NCBI GenBank assembly: GCA_965279525.1
Contig: CBDIIB010000004.1
Location: 1,120,001-1,184,000, forward strand
Source: Tagaea sp.
GTDB taxonomy: Bacteria > Pseudomonadota > Alphaproteobacteria > CACIAM-22H2
Direction: 5' to 3'
DNA length: 64,000 bases
Of the stretch, positions 38,040-59,200 are shown piece after piece. The position numbers and the translations under genes were made by a program. Each line of letters starts with the position of its first letter. Within the stretch, counting starts at the first letter, position 1. The notes below the pieces were generated by a model, which was not told the DNA's origin, made no database searches, and saw only the letters and a list, made by a program, of their open reading frames with translations.

Positions 38040-38606
38040 TCAAGCGGCCGTCTTGGCTCCGCCCTTCTTGGCGTCCTTGGCCTTGCGCTTGGCCTGGCGA
38101 TCGCGCTTCTTCTGCGCATCCGTCTCGACCCGCTCGCGCGCGGTCACGACGATCTCGATCTTGCCGCCGGCCTTCTCGACCGCAGCGATGGCGGTTTTCG
38201 TGGCGCCGTGCGCGATGATGGTGACCTTCGCCTTGAAGTCGTCGCCGCCGTCGCCGAGCACGCGCAGCCCGTCGAACGCGCGGCGCAGCACGCCCGCCTT
38301 GACCAGCGTCGCCACGTCGACCGGCTTGGAAGCGTCGATGCGCTTCTCGTCGATCGCCCACTGGAGTTTGCCCAGGTTGATCTCCTGGTACTCGAGGCGG
38401 AAGATGTTGTTGAAGCCGCGCTTGGGCAGGCGGCGGTAGATCGGGGTCTGGCCGCCCTCGAAGCCGTTGAGCGCCACGCCCGAACGCGCGGTCTGGCCCT
38501 TGCCGCCGCGGCCCGACGTCTTGCCGAGGCCCGAGCCGATGCCGCGCCCGAGGAGCTTGCGGGTCTTGCGCGCACCGGCGTTGTCGCGAATCTGATTGAG
38601 CTTCAT
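38040..38606 (-). CDS. rplO: 50S ribosomal protein L15
   Basis: [19 protein letters not shown] and FEGGQ. Confidence 0.97.
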   Translation of the reverse strand: MKLNQIRDNAGARKTRKLLGRGIGSGLGKTSGRGGKGQTARSGVALNGFEGGQTPIYRRLPKRGFNNIFRLEYQEINLGKLQWAIDEKRIDASKPVDVATLVKAGVLRRAFDGLRVLGDGGDDFKAKVTIIAHGATKTAIAAVEKAGGKIEIVVTARERVETDAQKKRDRQAKRKAKDAKKGGAKTAA

Positions 38607-38658
38607 GTGACGTTCCGTTCGGATCTGGGTGGGTGGGTATCTGGCGCGGGAATTCGCG

Positions 38659-38844
38659 TCAGGCTTCCACGCGCACCAGGTGCTGGACTTTGCGGATCAT
38701 GCCGCGGACCGAGGGCGTGTCCTCGAGAACGCGCACGTTGCCGATGCGCCGGAGGCCGAGACCGGTGAGGGTCTCCTGCTGGCCCGGGGCGCGACCGGCG
38801 ACGCTGGCGATCTGCTTGACCTTGAGGGTCTTCTTGGCGGGCAT
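38659..38844 (-). CDS. rpmD: 50S ribosomal protein L30
   Basis: [10 protein letters not shown]...DTPSVRGMI. Confidence 0.95.
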   Translation of the reverse strand: MPAKKTLKVKQIASVAGRAPGQQETLTGLGLRRIGNVRVLEDTPSVRGMIRKVQHLVRVEA

Positions 38845-38858
38845 CGGTTTCTCCGGGA

Positions 38859-39452
38859 TCAGGCGGTAGCCGTCGTGGTGCCGTCGGTCTCGCGACGGCC
38901 GACGATATCGCCGATCTTCTTGCCGCGCTTGGCGGCGACGTTGCGCGGGCTCGACATGCGGGTGAACGCGTCGAACGTCGCCTTGATCATGTTGTGCGGG
39001 TTGGACGTGCCCGTCGACTTGGCGACGATGTCCTGGATCCCGAGGCTCTCGAAGATCGCGCGCATCGGGCCGCCGGCGATGATGCCGGTACCCGGCTCGG
39101 CCGTGCGCAGCACGACGTGACCGGCGCCGAAATGGCCGCGCACGTCGTGGTGCAGCGTGCGGCCTTCGCGCAGCGGCACGCGGACCATCGCGCGCTTGGC
39201 GTACTCGGTCGCCTTGCGGATCGCTTCAGGAACTTCACGGGCCTTGCCGGTGCCGTAACCGACCTTGCCCTTGCCGTCGCCCACGACGACGATCGCCGCG
39301 AAGCCGAAGCGCTTGCCGCCCTTCACCACCTTCGCGACGCGATTGATGGCGACCAGCTTCTCGACCAGTTCGACCTCGTCGCGATCGCGCGGACGTTCGG
39401 ACTGATCGCGCCGGCCGCGACCGCGTTCGCCTTCTCCACCCTTGCGTGCCAT
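38859..39452 (-). CDS. rpsE: 30S ribosomal protein S5
   Basis: [14 protein letters not shown] and GTGIIAGG. Confidence 0.98.
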   Translation of the reverse strand: MARKGGEGERGRGRRDQSERPRDRDEVELVEKLVAINRVAKVVKGGKRFGFAAIVVVGDGKGKVGYGTGKAREVPEAIRKATEYAKRAMVRVPLREGRTLHHDVRGHFGAGHVVLRTAEPGTGIIAGGPMRAIFESLGIQDIVAKSTGTSNPHNMIKATFDAFTRMSSPRNVAAKRGKKIGDIVGRRETDGTTTATA

Positions 39453-39478
39453 GGGCTATACCTTCCTGGAATCCAAAA

Positions 39479-39841
39479 TCAGAACGACAGTCCGCCCTCG
39501 CGCGCGGCATCCGCCAGCGCACGAACGCGACCGTGATAGCGATAGCCGCCGCGATCGAAGGCGACTTCCTTGATGCCCGCCGCGATGGCGCGCTTTGCCA
39601 CGAGCAGGCCCACGGCCTTCGCCGCGTCCAGATCGCCGCCGCCTTTCAGCGAGCCCTTCAGTTCCTTGTCGACGCTCGACGCGGCCGCGATCGTGAGGCC
39701 CTGCGTGTCGTCGATGACCTGCGCGTAGATGTGCTTCGACGAGCGGAAGATCGACAGCCGAACCCGGCCGCCCGACTTCCGGCGCAGCGAGTGCCGCACC
39801 CGCGCCGTGCGGCGGTCGTGCAAGAGCTTTGCCTTGTCCAT
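39479..39841 (-). CDS. rplR: 50S ribosomal protein L18
   Basis: [13 protein letters not shown] and [12 protein letters not shown]. Confidence 0.97.
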   Translation of the reverse strand: MDKAKLLHDRRTARVRHSLRRKSGGRVRLSIFRSSKHIYAQVIDDTQGLTIAAASSVDKELKGSLKGGGDLDAAKAVGLLVAKRAIAAGIKEVAFDRGGYRYHGRVRALADAAREGGLSF

Positions 39842-39853
39842 GGGTCCGGTTCC

Positions 39854-40390
39854 TTACTTCTTCTTGCCTTCTTTGCGGCGGATCGTCTCGTCGGCGTACT
39901 TGATGCCCTTGCCCTTGTAGGGCTCCGGCTTGCGCAGCTGACGGATTTCCGCCGCGACCTGGCCGACCTGCTGACGGTCTGCACCGGTCACGGTGAGTGC
40001 GATGTTCTTCTCGCCGACCTTGATCGTGATCCCTTCGGGGATCGGGAAGACGATCTCGTGGCTGAAGCCGATCTTGAGCAGCAGGTTCTTGCCCTGCACG
40101 TCGGCGCGGAAACCCACGCCGTTGATCTCGAGATCGCGCGAGAAGCCGGTCTGGGCGCCCTTGACCATGTTGGCCACGAGGGCGCGCGAGGTGCCCCACG
40201 CCGAACGCGCCAGCTTGGACTGGCTCTTCGGCACGAAGACGATCTTGCCGTCCTTGACGGCAGCCGATACTTCGCGGTGAAGCGTGAGCGACTTGCGCCC
40301 CAGCTTGCCCGCAACGATGACGTCCTGGCCCTTGACCTCGACGGTCACGCCCTGGGGAACGGTCACCGGGTTCTTTCCGATACGCGACAT
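39854..40390 (-). CDS. rplF: 50S ribosomal protein L6
   Basis: MSRIGKNPV and PEPYKGKGIKY. Confidence 0.97.
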   Translation of the reverse strand: MSRIGKNPVTVPQGVTVEVKGQDVIVAGKLGRKSLTLHREVSAAVKDGKIVFVPKSQSKLARSAWGTSRALVANMVKGAQTGFSRDLEINGVGFRADVQGKNLLLKIGFSHEIVFPIPEGITIKVGEKNIALTVTGADRQQVGQVAAEIRQLRKPEPYKGKGIKYADETIRRKEGKKK

Positions 40391-40409
40391 GGCTTTTCCA
40401 GTCTCCCGA

Positions 40410-40808
40410 TCAGAACACGGTGCAGAGGACTTCGCCGCCCACGTTCTGGGCGCGGGCCTCGCTGTCCGACATGACGCCGCGAGGCGTCGAGAGGATCGAG
40501 ATGCCGAGACCGCCGTAGAACTTCGGCAGGTCGCGGATCTTCGCATAGACGCGACGACCCGGCTTCGACACGCGCGCGATCTCCTTAATGACCGGTTCGC
40601 CCTCGTGATACTTGAGTTCGACCGTCAGTTCGGGGATCGACGTCTTGCGGTCGATGCTCGCGTAGCCACGGATGTAGCCCTCGCGCTCCAGCACATCCAG
40701 CACGCTCTTGCGCAGTTTTGATGCCGGGACGTCTACGACCGTCCGGCCCTGCGACTGTGCGTTGCGGATGCGCGAAAGCATATCGCCAAGGGGATCGCTC
40801 ATCGCCAT
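40410..40808 (-). CDS. rpsH: 30S ribosomal protein S8
   Basis: [13 protein letters not shown] and SKPGRRVY. Confidence 0.97.
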   Translation of the reverse strand: MAMSDPLGDMLSRIRNAQSQGRTVVDVPASKLRKSVLDVLEREGYIRGYASIDRKTSIPELTVELKYHEGEPVIKEIARVSKPGRRVYAKIRDLPKFYGGLGISILSTPRGVMSDSEARAQNVGGEVLCTVF

Positions 40809-40838
40809 GTCCGTAATCCTTCCTTCGCCGTTTCGCCG

Positions 40839-41144
40839 TTACCAGCTCGCCTTGACCATTCCGGGGATCTGACCCACGGAGGCGAGCTCGCGCAGCTTGA
40901 TGCGGCACAGCTTGAATTTCCGATAGTTGCCGCGCGAACGGCCCGTAAGCTCGCAGCGCAGACGTACGCGGTTGGGTGCCGAGTTGCGGGGCAACGCGGC
41001 AAGCTTGAGGCGCGCTTCGAAGCGGTCCTCCGGCGAAAGCGATTCGTCTTCCGCCGTCTGCTTCAGGCGCGCGCGCTTGCCGGCGAACTGCTTCGCCATG
41101 CGCTCGCGGCGCTTGTTCTTCTCGACTGCGCTTTTCTTGGCCAT
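40839..41144 (-). CDS. rpsN: 30S ribosomal protein S14 (101 aa form)
   Basis: MAKKS, LPRNSAP and IPGMVKASW. Confidence 0.97.
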   Translation of the reverse strand: MAKKSAVEKNKRRERMAKQFAGKRARLKQTAEDESLSPEDRFEARLKLAALPRNSAPNRVRLRCELTGRSRGNYRKFKLCRIKLRELASVGQIPGMVKASW

Positions 41145-41163
41145 GTCGGTCCTTCCCGGCGCG

Positions 41164-41706
41164 TCAGTTGATGAACGGCATGTCGAACGACTTCAGGAGG
41201 GCTTTGGCCTCCTCGTTCGACTTGGCCGTCGTGACGATGATGATGTCCATGCCCCGGACCTGATCGATGCGGTCGTAGTTGATCTCGGGGAACACGATCT
41301 GCTCCTTGATGCCCAGCGAGTAGTTGCCGCGCCCGTCGAACGACTTGCCCGAGAGGCCGCGGAAGTCGCGCACGCGCGGGAGCGCGATCGTGACCAGGCG
41401 GTCGAGGAATTCGTACATGCGCGCACCGCGCAGCGTCACCTTGGCGCCGATCGGCAGGCCGCGGCGCAGCTTGAAGTTCGCGATCGCCTTCTTCGCCTTG
41501 ATCACGGACGGCTTCTGGCCGGTGATCGCCGCGAGTTCGGAAACCGCCGCTTCGAGCTTCTTGGCGTCGTGGGCGGCTTCGCCCACGCCCATGTTCACGA
41601 CGATCTTTTCCAGACGCGGGACCTGCATCGGGCTCTTGTACCCGAACTGCTTCATCAGCGCCGGCTTGATCGACTTGTCGTAGTTTTCCTGGAGGCGAGT
41701 TGCCAT
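41164..41706 (-). CDS. rplE: 50S ribosomal protein L5
   Basis: [19 protein letters not shown] and FDGRGNY. Confidence 0.97.
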   Translation of the reverse strand: MATRLQENYDKSIKPALMKQFGYKSPMQVPRLEKIVVNMGVGEAAHDAKKLEAAVSELAAITGQKPSVIKAKKAIANFKLRRGLPIGAKVTLRGARMYEFLDRLVTIALPRVRDFRGLSGKSFDGRGNYSLGIKEQIVFPEINYDRIDQVRGMDIIIVTTAKSNEEAKALLKSFDMPFIN

Positions 41707-41711
41707 GTCGA

Positions 41712-42032
41712 TCACCGATCAATCAGTTCGCCGGACTTGCGCGCGAAGCGGAGCTTGCGGCCGTCGACGGTCTTGAAGCCGACCTTGGTCGGCGAGCGGT
41801 CCTTGGGGTCGAGATGCGCCACGTTCGAGACGTGGATCGGGGCTTCCTTCTCCACGATCCCGCCCTGGCGGCCCTGTGCGGGACGCGTGTGGCGCTTGAC
41901 CATGTTGATGCCCTGCACGACCACGCGCAGCTCGTCGGGGATCACGCGGATCACCTTGCCCGACTTGCCCTTGTCGCGGCCGGTAATCACCACGACCTCG
42001 TCGTCCTTGCGGACCTTGAGCTTCGTCGCCAT
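41712..42032 (-). CDS. rplX: 50S ribosomal protein L24
   Basis: [13 protein letters not shown] and [10 protein letters not shown]. Confidence 0.97.
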   Translation of the reverse strand: MATKLKVRKDDEVVVITGRDKGKSGKVIRVIPDELRVVVQGINMVKRHTRPAQGRQGGIVEKEAPIHVSNVAHLDPKDRSPTKVGFKTVDGRKLRFARKSGELIDR

Positions 42033-42400
42033 TACAGCACCTCCGGTGCGAGCGAGATGATCTTCATGTAGCCCTTGCCGCGGAGTTCGCGCGTCACCGG
42101 CCCGAAGATACGCGTGCCGATCGGCTCGCCTTCCTTGTTGATGAGGACGGCGGCGTTGCGATCGAAGCGGACCGACGAGCCGTCGGCGCGGCGGATCTCT
42201 TTCGAGGTCCGCACGATCACCGCCTTGTGCACGTCGCCCTTCTTGACGCGGCCGCGCGGGATCGCCTCTTTGATCGACACGACGATCACGTCGCCGATCG
42301 TCGCCGTCTTGCGCATGGAACCGCCGAGGACCTTGATGCACTGGACCCGACGGGCGCCAGAGTTGTCCGCGACTTCCAGATTGGTGCGCATCTGGATCAT
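42032..42400 (-). CDS. rplN: 50S ribosomal protein L14
   Basis: VADNSGA and ISLAPEVL. Confidence 0.98.
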   Translation of the reverse strand: MIQMRTNLEVADNSGARRVQCIKVLGGSMRKTATIGDVIVVSIKEAIPRGRVKKGDVHKAVIVRTSKEIRRADGSSVRFDRNAAVLINKEGEPIGTRIFGPVTRELRGKGYMKIISLAPEVL

Positions 42401-42423
42401 GGTTTACGTCCTCCGGGCGCTGT

Positions 42424-42666
42424 TCAAGCAGCCGCTTCGTCGGACACGATTTCCCAGCACTTGCGCTTGGAAATCGGCCGGCATTCGCGGATCTTGACGT
42501 TGTCGCCCACCTTCGAGCGGTTGGTTTCGTCGTGCGCCAGGTACTTCTTCGAGCGCACGATGAATTTCTTGTAGATCGGATGCATCACGCGGCGCTCGAC
42601 CTTGACCGTGACGGTCTTGTCCATCGAGTCGCTGGTGACGATCCCTTGAAGTTCGCGGCGGGGCAT
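42424..42666 (-). CDS. rpsQ: 30S ribosomal protein S17
   Basis: MDKTVTV and ECRPISKRK. Confidence 0.97.
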   Translation of the reverse strand: MPRRELQGIVTSDSMDKTVTVKVERRVMHPIYKKFIVRSKKYLAHDETNRSKVGDNVKIRECRPISKRKCWEIVSDEAAA

Positions 42667-42689
42667 TTCTGGTCGTCCTCCGGATGCGG

Positions 42690-42905
42690 TCAGGCTTTGG
42701 CGGCGGGCGCGGACTTGCGCCGGCGCTCGCCCAGGACGGTCTCGATGCGCGCGATGTCGCGACGCACGACGCGCACGCGCGCGACGTTCTCGAGCTGCCC
42801 CGAAGCCTTCTGGAAACGCAGGTTGAACTGTTCCTTGCGCAGGTCGCCCAGCTGGTCCTTCAGCTGGTCGTCGGTCTTCGCGCGGATTTCGGTCGGCTTG
42901 GTCAT
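42690..42905 (-). CDS. rpmC: 50S ribosomal protein L29
   Basis: [17 protein letters not shown]...RRDIARI. Confidence 0.96.
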   Translation of the reverse strand: MTKPTEIRAKTDDQLKDQLGDLRKEQFNLRFQKASGQLENVARVRVVRRDIARIETVLGERRRKSAPAAKA

Positions 42906-42910
42906 GGCGT

Positions 42911-43330
42911 TCAGCCCTCCTCGCCCAGACGCGAAACCATACGCGTCTTGATGGGAAGCTTGGCGGCCGCCAGCTCGAACGCCTCGCTGGCGATCGCCTT
43001 CGGCACGCCGTCGATCTCGAACAGGATGCGGCCCGGGTTGACGCGCACGACCCAGAATTCGGGGCTGCCCTTGCCCGAGCCCATGCGCACTTCGGCCGGC
43101 TTCTTCGACACCGGCACGTCGGGGAACACGCGGATCCACACGCGACCGGCGCGCTTCAGGTGGCGCGTGATCGTGCGGCGCGCGGCCTCGATCTGGCGCG
43201 CGGTGACGCGCTCGGGCTCGAGGGCCTTGAGGCCGTAGGCGCCGAAGTTCAGCGTGAAGCCGCCCTTCGCGTTGCCGTGGATACGGCCCTTGTGCGCCTT
43301 GCGGTATTTGGTGCGCTTCGGGGAAAGCAT
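42911..43330 (-). CDS. rplP: 50S ribosomal protein L16
   Basis: [11 protein letters not shown] and EVRMGSGKG. Confidence 0.98.
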   Translation of the reverse strand: MLSPKRTKYRKAHKGRIHGNAKGGFTLNFGAYGLKALEPERVTARQIEAARRTITRHLKRAGRVWIRVFPDVPVSKKPAEVRMGSGKGSPEFWVVRVNPGRILFEIDGVPKAIASEAFELAAAKLPIKTRMVSRLGEEG

Positions 43331-43356
43331 GGTGCGTTATCCGTCTTTCTCTGAGC

Positions 43357-44034
43357 TCAGCGGGCAGGCTGCTGTTCCATGGCGCGCTTGTCCTGCGCCA
43401 TGGGGTCGTGTGCCAGGATCTCGCCCTTGAACACCCACACCTTTACGCCGCAGGTGCCGTAGTTCGTCTTGGCGGTCGCCGTGCCGAAATCGATCTCGGC
43501 GCGAAGCGTGTGCAGCGGCACGCGGCCTTCGCGATACCACTCGACACGGGCGATTTCAGCACCACCCAGACGACCCGCGCAGTTGATGCGGATGCCCAGC
43601 GCGCCCAGACGCATCGCCGACTGGACCGAGCGCTTCATCGCGCGGCGGAACGCCACGCGGCGCTCGAGCTGCTGGGCGATGTTCTCGGCGATCAGCTTGG
43701 CGTCGATCTCGGGCTTGCGGATCTCGACGATGTTGAGGCTGACTTCGGCCTTCGTGAGCTTGGCGACTTCGAGGCGCAGCTTCTCGATGTCCGCACCCTT
43801 CTTGCCGATCACCACGCCCGGACGGGCGGTGTGCAGCGTGATGCGGGCCTTCTTGGCCGGACGCTCGATGACGACGCGGGCAAGACCGGCCTGCAGCAGC
43901 TTGTCCTGCAGCCAGGCGCGCAGGCGCAGATCCTCGTGCAGGAGCCGCGAGTAGGCCACGTCGGCGAACCAGCGGGAGTCCCACGTGCGGTTGATGCCGA
44001 GGCGCAGCCCGATCGGATTGATTTTCTGACCCAT
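43357..44034 (-). CDS. rpsC: 30S ribosomal protein S3
   Basis: [13 protein letters not shown] and [10 protein letters not shown]. Confidence 0.98.
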   Translation of the reverse strand: MGQKINPIGLRLGINRTWDSRWFADVAYSRLLHEDLRLRAWLQDKLLQAGLARVVIERPAKKARITLHTARPGVVIGKKGADIEKLRLEVAKLTKAEVSLNIVEIRKPEIDAKLIAENIAQQLERRVAFRRAMKRSVQSAMRLGALGIRINCAGRLGGAEIARVEWYREGRVPLHTLRAEIDFGTATAKTNYGTCGVKVWVFKGEILAHDPMAQDKRAMEQQPAR

Positions 44035-44044
44035 CGATTGCTCC

Positions 44045-44455
44045 TCAGGCCGCTTTCTTTGCGTCGGCCTTCGCGGCCTTCTTGTCTTCGCGCTCGCGCA
44101 CGACGACGGTGAGATGGGCGAACGGCTTGGTGATCGACGACGACTTGCCGCGGCCGCGCGCGTGGAAGCGCTTCAGCTGGAACGACTTGCCGACGAAGGC
44201 TTCGGCGACGACCAGGCGGTCGACGTCGAGCTGGTGGTTGTTCTCGGCGTTCGCGATGGCGGACTCGAGGACCTTCTTGACGGTGCCGGCGATGCGGCGC
44301 TTCGAGAAGGTGAGCTCGGCAAGCGCCGTCTGCGCCGTCTTGCCGCGGATCGCTTCGGCGACGAGATTGAGCTTGCGCGGCGAGATGCGGATCGAGCGCA
44401 GGATCGCGCGCGCTTCCGTATCCTTCAGCGACCTTGGGCGAGCGGGCTTGCTCAT
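44045..44455 (-). CDS. rplV: 50S ribosomal protein L22
   Basis: [11 protein letters not shown] and SAIANAENN. Confidence 0.97.
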   Translation of the reverse strand: MSKPARPRSLKDTEARAILRSIRISPRKLNLVAEAIRGKTAQTALAELTFSKRRIAGTVKKVLESAIANAENNHQLDVDRLVVAEAFVGKSFQLKRFHARGRGKSSSITKPFAHLTVVVREREDKKAAKADAKKAA

Positions 44456-44456
44456 A

Positions 44457-44753
44457 TCACTTCCTCTCCGCCGACTTGTCGCCGCCGCCGCCGCCCGTCG
44501 CGGTGTGACCCGCGAAGGTACGCGTGGGCGAGAACTCGCCGAACTTGTGGCCGACCATGTTCTCGGTCACGAGCACGGGCAGGAACTTGTGCCCGTTGTA
44601 GACGCCGAACGTGAGGCCGACGAACTGCGGCAGGATCGTCGAGCGGCGCGCCCAGATCTTGATGATCTCGTTGCGGCCCGACGCGCGGGATTTTTCGGCC
44701 TTCTTGAGGAGGTACCCATCGACGAACGGGCCCTTCCAGACTGAGCGAGACAC
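44457..44753 (-). CDS. rpsS: 30S ribosomal protein S19
   Basis: [10 protein letters not shown] and [13 protein letters not shown]. Confidence 0.97.
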   Translation of the reverse strand: MSRSVWKGPFVDGYLLKKAEKSRASGRNEIIKIWARRSTILPQFVGLTFGVYNGHKFLPVLVTENMVGHKFGEFSPTRTFAGHTATGGGGGDKSAERK

Positions 44754-44765
44754 CGGTTGCCTCCG

Positions 44766-45593
44766 CTATTTCGCGTTGCGCCGGCGGACAATCATCTTGT
44801 CCGTCGACTTGTTGTGGCGGGTTTTGTAACCCTTGGTCGGCTGGCCCCACGGGGTCACCGGGTGACGGCCGCCCTTGGTGCGGCCTTCGCCGCCGCCGTG
44901 CGGATGGTCGATCGGGTTCATTGCCGTGCCGCGCACCGTCGGGCGGATGCCCATCCAGCGGCTGCGGCCGGCCTTGCCGATCTTGACGTTCTGCTGGTCG
45001 GGGTTCGAGACCGCGCCGATCGTGGCCCAGCACTCGGCCGAGACCTTGCGCAGCTCACCCGACGAGAGGCGCAGGATCGCGTAACCGGCGTCCTTGCCGA
45101 CGAGCTGGACATAGGTACCGGCGGCGCGGGCCATCTGCCCGCCGCGGCCCGTCTTCAGCTCGACATTGTGCACGATCGTGCCGACCGGAATGCCGCGCAG
45201 CGGCAGCGCGTTGCCCGGCTTGATGTCGACCTTCTCGCCCGAGACGACCTTGTCGCCGGCGGCCATGCGCTGCGGCGCCAGGATGTAGGCCTTCTCGCCG
45301 TCGGCATAGGTCACGAGCGCGATGTACGCCGAACGGTTCGGATCGTACTCGATGCGCTCGACCGTCGCTTCGACGTCGTGCTTCTTCCGCTTGAAGTCGA
45401 CGATGCGGTACTTCTTGCGCGCACCGCCGCCGTGATGGCGCGTGGTGATGCGGCCGAGGTTGTTGCGACCGCCGGTCTTCGCACTACCCTCGACGAGCGG
45501 CTTGTGCGGCTCGCCCTTCCACAGACCCGTACGGTCGACGAGCACCAGCTGGCGCAGGCCGGGGGTCTTGGGTTTGAAACTCTTGAGAGCCAT
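44766..45593 (-). CDS. rplB: 50S ribosomal protein L2
   Basis: IEYDPNRSA and DHPHGGGEG. Confidence 0.98.
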   Translation of the reverse strand: MALKSFKPKTPGLRQLVLVDRTGLWKGEPHKPLVEGSAKTGGRNNLGRITTRHHGGGARKKYRIVDFKRKKHDVEATVERIEYDPNRSAYIALVTYADGEKAYILAPQRMAAGDKVVSGEKVDIKPGNALPLRGIPVGTIVHNVELKTGRGGQMARAAGTYVQLVGKDAGYAILRLSSGELRKVSAECWATIGAVSNPDQQNVKIGKAGRSRWMGIRPTVRGTAMNPIDHPHGGGEGRTKGGRHPVTPWGQPTKGYKTRHNKSTDKMIVRRRNAK

Positions 45594-45609
45594 TGCCCGA
45601 TCTCTCCGT

Positions 45610-45921
45610 TCAGAGGGTCGCAGTGACGTCGATGGTCTGGCCGGCGGCCAGAGTCACGATCGCCTTCTTCCAGTCGGAGCGCTTGCCGGGGATTCCCTTG
45701 AAGCGCTTGGTCTTGCCCTGGACGACGATCGTGTTGACGGCCTTCACCTTGACCGAGAACAGCGTCTCGACGGCCGCCTTGATCAGCGGCTTGGTCGCGT
45801 CCTCGCGGACCTTGAAGGTCACCTGGTTGTGCTCGGACCCGCGCGTCGCCTTCTCGGTGATCACGGGGGCGAGGATGACGCCGTAGAGCGTCTCCTTCGG
45901 ATATTTCACGACCTTGCTCAC
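45610..45921 (-). CDS. rplW: 50S ribosomal protein L23
   Basis: PVITEKA and [13 protein letters not shown] overlap with rplD. Confidence 0.96.
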   Translation of the reverse strand: MSKVVKYPKETLYGVILAPVITEKATRGSEHNQVTFKVREDATKPLIKAAVETLFSVKVKAVNTIVVQGKTKRFKGIPGKRSDWKKAIVTLAAGQTIDVTATL

Positions 45922-46538
45922 TTCAGGCGCTCCTGCAGGGCGGCGACGGCCTCGCGCGTCAACACGAGCGTGTCGCGGCGGAGGATGTCGTACACGTTGG
46001 CGCCCTGCTGCGGCAGGACGTCGATGTGCGGGATGTTGCGCGCGGCCTTGGCGAAGTTCTCGTCCACGGCCGGGCCGTCGACGAACAGGGCCGAAGCGAT
46101 GCCCATCTTCTTGAAGCGCTGCGCCAGATCCTTGGTCTTCGGGCCGGAAAGCTTGGTCGTGTCGAGCACGATCAGCTTGCCTTCGGCCTGCTTGGCCGAC
46201 AGCGCCGACTTCAGCGCCAGCTTGCGGACCTTCTTGGGAAGGTCGTGGGCGTGGCTGCGCGGCGTCGGGCCGAAGATGATGGCGCCGTGGCGCCACTGCG
46301 GCGAACGCGTCGAACCCTGGCGCGCGCGCCCCGAGCCCTTCTGCGCCCACGGCCGCTGGCCGCGGCCGGAGACTTCGCCGATTTCCTTGGTGTCGTGCGT
46401 ACCCGCACGGCGCTTGGCGAGCTGGTAGCGCACCATGCGAGCCAGGATATCCGGGCGCGAGGGGAGACCGAAGATCTCCTCTGCGAGATCGATCTCGCCT
46501 GCCGTCCCGTTATCCAGCGTCTTGACCGCGATCTTCAT
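45918..46538 (-). CDS. rplD: 50S ribosomal protein L4
   Basis: [11 protein letters not shown] and FGPTPR. Confidence 0.97.
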   Translation of the reverse strand: MKIAVKTLDNGTAGEIDLAEEIFGLPSRPDILARMVRYQLAKRRAGTHDTKEIGEVSGRGQRPWAQKGSGRARQGSTRSPQWRHGAIIFGPTPRSHAHDLPKKVRKLALKSALSAKQAEGKLIVLDTTKLSGPKTKDLAQRFKKMGIASALFVDGPAVDENFAKAARNIPHIDVLPQQGANVYDILRRDTLVLTREAVAALQERLK

Positions 46539-46555
46539 AATCCGCGTTCCTCGTT

Positions 46556-47242
46556 TCAGGCCGCAGCCGCTTTGCGGAGCGACGCAGGCTGCGGCGCTTC
46601 CTTGGGCAGCTTGCGCTTGACCGCATCGCTGACGAACACGAACGAACCCGCCTGGCCCGGGACAGCGCCCCGCACCATGATCAGGCCCTTGTCGGCGTCG
46701 GTCGCGACGATCTTCAGATTCTGCACCGTGATGTTCGCGGTGCCCATGTGGCCGGCCATCTTCTTGCCCTTGAACGTGCGGCCCGGATCCTGGCGCTGGC
46801 CGGTCGAGCCGTGGCTGCGGTGCGCCACCGACACGCCGTGCGAGGCTTCGAGACCCGCGAAGTTCCAGCGCTTCATGACGCCCTGGAAGCCCTTGCCGGT
46901 CGTGGAACCCGCGACGTCGACGAACTGGCCGGCGATGAAATGGTCGGCCAGAAGCTCGGCGCCCACTTCAAGCAGCTTGTCCGCCGGCACGCGGAATTCC
47001 GCGAGCTTGCGCTTGGGTTCGACCTTCGCCTTGGCGAAGTGGCCGCGCAGCGGCTTGCCGACATTCTTGACCTTCGCCTTGCCGACGCCGATCTGGAGGG
47101 CCGTGTAGCCGTCCTTCTCCTGCGTGCGCACTGCGACGACCTGGCAATGATCGAGCTTCAGCACCGTCACGGGGACGTGGCTGCCCTCCTCCGAGAAGAG
47201 GCGGGTCATGCCGATCTTGCGTGCGATAACTCCGGTCCGCAT
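46556..47242 (-). CDS. rplC: 50S ribosomal protein L3
   Basis: [11 protein letters not shown] and GKKMAGHMG. Confidence 0.98.
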   Translation of the reverse strand: MRTGVIARKIGMTRLFSEEGSHVPVTVLKLDHCQVVAVRTQEKDGYTALQIGVGKAKVKNVGKPLRGHFAKAKVEPKRKLAEFRVPADKLLEVGAELLADHFIAGQFVDVAGSTTGKGFQGVMKRWNFAGLEASHGVSVAHRSHGSTGQRQDPGRTFKGKKMAGHMGTANITVQNLKIVATDADKGLIMVRGAVPGQAGSFVFVSDAVKRKLPKEAPQPASLRKAAAA

Positions 47243-47263
47243 GGTTTTCTCCGTGCTCCCGGC

Positions 47264-47572
47264 TTACAGCTTGATTTCGACGTCGACGCCGGCGGCGAGG
47301 TCGAGCTTCATCAGCGCGTCCACCGTCTGGGGCGTCGGATCGACGATGTCGAGGAGGCGGCGATGCGTCCGGATCTCGAACTGCTCGCGGCTTTCCTTGT
47401 CGATGTGCGGGCTGCGGTTCACCGTGAAGCGTTCGATGCGCGTCGGCAGCGGGATCGGCCCGCGGACCTGTGCGCCCGTACGCTTGGCGGTGCTGACGAT
47501 CTCGCCCGTCGATTGATCGAGGACGCGATGGTCGAACGCCTTCAGCCGGATGCGGATGCTTTGACTGACCAT
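47264..47572 (-). CDS. rpsJ: 30S ribosomal protein S10
   Basis: [14 protein letters not shown] and GPIPLPT. Confidence 0.98.
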   Translation of the reverse strand: MVSQSIRIRLKAFDHRVLDQSTGEIVSTAKRTGAQVRGPIPLPTRIERFTVNRSPHIDKESREQFEIRTHRRLLDIVDPTPQTVDALMKLDLAAGVDVEIKL

Positions 47573-47618
47573 TTTCTTTCCTGTCGCGCGCCCGAACCGG
47601 CGCGCGCCTGTTGCCTTC

Positions 47619-48809
<1,191 letters not shown>

Positions 48810-48846
48810 GGTGGATGCCTCGAAGAGATTGCGCGGTTATGCGGGG

Positions 48847-49317
48847 TTACCAGCGATAGTGCGAGAAAGCGCGGTTCGCGTCCGCCATGCGGTGCGTGTC
48901 TTCGCGCTTCTTGACGGCGGCACCGCGGTTGTTCGCGGCGTCCATCATCTCGACCGAGAGACGCTCGGTCATCGTGTGCTCCGAACGATCGCGCGCGGCC
49001 GTGATGAGCCAGCGGATCGCGAGAGCCTGTGAGCGCTCCGGACGGACTTCGACCGGAACCTGGTAGGTCGCACCGCCGACGCGGCGCGAGCGGACCTCGA
49101 GGTTCGGCTTCACGTTGTCCAGAGCCTGGTGGAAGACCTTCAGGCCGTCGGCATTGAGCTTCTTGCCGACGATGTCGAGCGCTCCGTAGACGATCGACTC
49201 GGCGACCGAGCGCTTGCCGTCGTACATGAGGCTGTTGGTGAAACGCGAGATGACGAGGTCGCCGAACTTGGGGTCCGGCAGGACTTCCCGGCGCTCGGCG
49301 CGATGGCGACGCGACAT
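48847..49317 (-). CDS. rpsG: 30S ribosomal protein S7
   Basis: [15 protein letters not shown] and [10 protein letters not shown]. Confidence 0.98.
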   Translation of the reverse strand: MSRRHRAERREVLPDPKFGDLVISRFTNSLMYDGKRSVAESIVYGALDIVGKKLNADGLKVFHQALDNVKPNLEVRSRRVGGATYQVPVEVRPERSQALAIRWLITAARDRSEHTMTERLSVEMMDAANNRGAAVKKREDTHRMADANRAFSHYRW

Positions 49318-49335
49318 GGACGATCTCTCCCTGGC

Positions 49336-49707
49336 TTACTTCGGACGCTTGGCGCCGTACTTCGAACGGCGCTGCTTGCGGTCCTTGACGCCCTGCGTGT
49401 CGAGGGTGCCGCGAATGATGTGGTAGCGAACGCCGGGAAGATCCTTCACGCGACCACCGCGGATCATGACGACCGAGTGTTCCTGAAGATTGTGACCTTC
49501 ACCGGGGATGTAGCTCGTCACTTCGAAGCCGTTGGTCAGCCGCACGCGCGCGACCTTGCGCAGCGCGGAGTTCGGCTTCTTCGGCGTCGTGGTGTAGACG
49601 CGCGTGCAGACGCCACGCTTCTGGGGGCTCGCCTCGAGGGCAGGCACCTTGTTGCGGGACGGCTTGTCCGTGCGCCCGTGGCGGATGAGCTGGTTGATCG
49701 TAGGCAT
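49336..49707 (-). CDS. rpsL: 30S ribosomal protein S12
   Basis: [18 protein letters not shown] and [10 protein letters not shown]. Confidence 0.98.
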   Translation of the reverse strand: MPTINQLIRHGRTDKPSRNKVPALEASPQKRGVCTRVYTTTPKKPNSALRKVARVRLTNGFEVTSYIPGEGHNLQEHSVVMIRGGRVKDLPGVRYHIIRGTLDTQGVKDRKQRRSKYGAKRPK

Positions 49708-49987
49708 CCGATCGTATCCTTGCGCTCGCTCTCGAACTCGAATTCGCTTCGTGAACCCGCTTCCGGTTTCCCCCGAGCCATGCGCGAACGCACGAAACGG
49801 AAGCCGCCGGAGGCGGCGTGACAAAAAGTCCCTCGAGACGCGGGGCAGAGCCTTACGTCAGGCGAAGAACTTCGAACTTTTCCGGCCATTTATCGTCTGG
49901 CCGCGACGCAACCTGCATTTCGCCCGGGTACCCGAGTTTCGGACGGCTTCGCGCCCGACGTTCCGGCCCCTCTTGAAAGGCGGGCGG

Positions 49988-50016
49988 AACATAGGATTCG
50001 CCCTCCCCAGTGTCAA
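49988..50016 (-). promoter_or_regulatory. sigma70 promoter of the rpsL-rpsG-tuf-S10 transcript
   Basis: Minus strand TTGACA(50016-50011)-N17-TATGTT(49993-49988). Confidence 0.7.
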
Positions 50017-50080
50017 ATGGAAAAGGAAGATTCTTTCCCGCCATTTCGCCGCACCGCAGCGAAAGCCCGAAACCATTGAT

Positions 50081-50117
50081 CAGAAAGCACAACGGCCGCT
50101 CCTTGCGGAGCGGCCGT
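50081..50117 (-). terminator. Intrinsic terminator after rpoC
   Basis: ACGGCCGCTCC-GCAA-GGAGCGGCCGT (11-bp stem, GNRA loop) followed by TGTGCTTTCTG. Confidence 0.7.
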
Positions 50118-50145
50118 CGAGCCGTTTTGGAGGCTGTCGGAAGGC

Positions 50146-54396
<4,251 letters not shown>

Positions 54397-54446
54397 TCAG
54401 AGGGTGTTGGCGGATGCGACCGACCCCGGCCGCATCCGCAAGGCGA

Positions 54447-58616
<4,170 letters not shown>

Positions 58617-58671
58617 CTCGACCTCATCCGTCCACTTAGGGACCAGGTGCCGCCGCAACCGGCGACACCCC

Positions 58672-58705
58672 AAAAATCCGTTGCGGGCCTATTCGGGGAG
58701 CCCGC
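58672..58705 (-). terminator. Possible attenuator/terminator between rplL and rpoB
   Basis: Hairpin GCGGGC-N11-GCCCGC followed by AACGGATTTTT on the minus strand. Confidence 0.35.
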
Positions 58706-58765
58706 GCCCGACCGGATGCCGGCTCCGCCGCGCGAACGCGACGGAACCGGAACCGGATTTCGGTC

Positions 58766-59149
58766 TTACTTGACTTCGACCTTGGCGCCCTGCTCTTCGA
58801 GCGACTTCTTGATCTTGGCGGCGTCGTCCTTGTTGACGCCTTCCTTGACCACCTTCGGCGCGCCTTCGACGAGGTCCTTGGCTTCCTTGAGGCCCAGGCC
58901 CGTGATTTCGCGCACGACCTTGATCACGTTGATCTTCTTGTCGCCGGCCGAAGCCAGCGTCACCGTGAACTCGGTCTGCTCGGCGGCAGCGGCCGCACCG
59001 GCAGCGGCTGCACCACCGCCGGCGGCGGCAACGGCAACCGGAGCGGCGGCGGAAACGCCCCACTTTTCTTCGAGCATCTTGGTCAGCTCAGCGGCCTCGA
59101 GGACCGTGAGGGTCGACAGTTCGTCAACCAGCTTTGCGAGATCGGCCAT
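58766..59149 (-). CDS. rplL: 50S ribosomal protein L7/L12
   Basis: [17 protein letters not shown] and [12 protein letters not shown]. Confidence 0.98.
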   Translation of the reverse strand: MADLAKLVDELSTLTVLEAAELTKMLEEKWGVSAAAPVAVAAAGGGAAAAGAAAAAEQTEFTVTLASAGDKKINVIKVVREITGLGLKEAKDLVEGAPKVVKEGVNKDDAAKIKKSLEEQGAKVEVK

Positions 59150-59200
59150 TTGAATGTTCTCCTGTTTGGACTTGGATCTTCGGGTTGGGTTGGATCGGCT

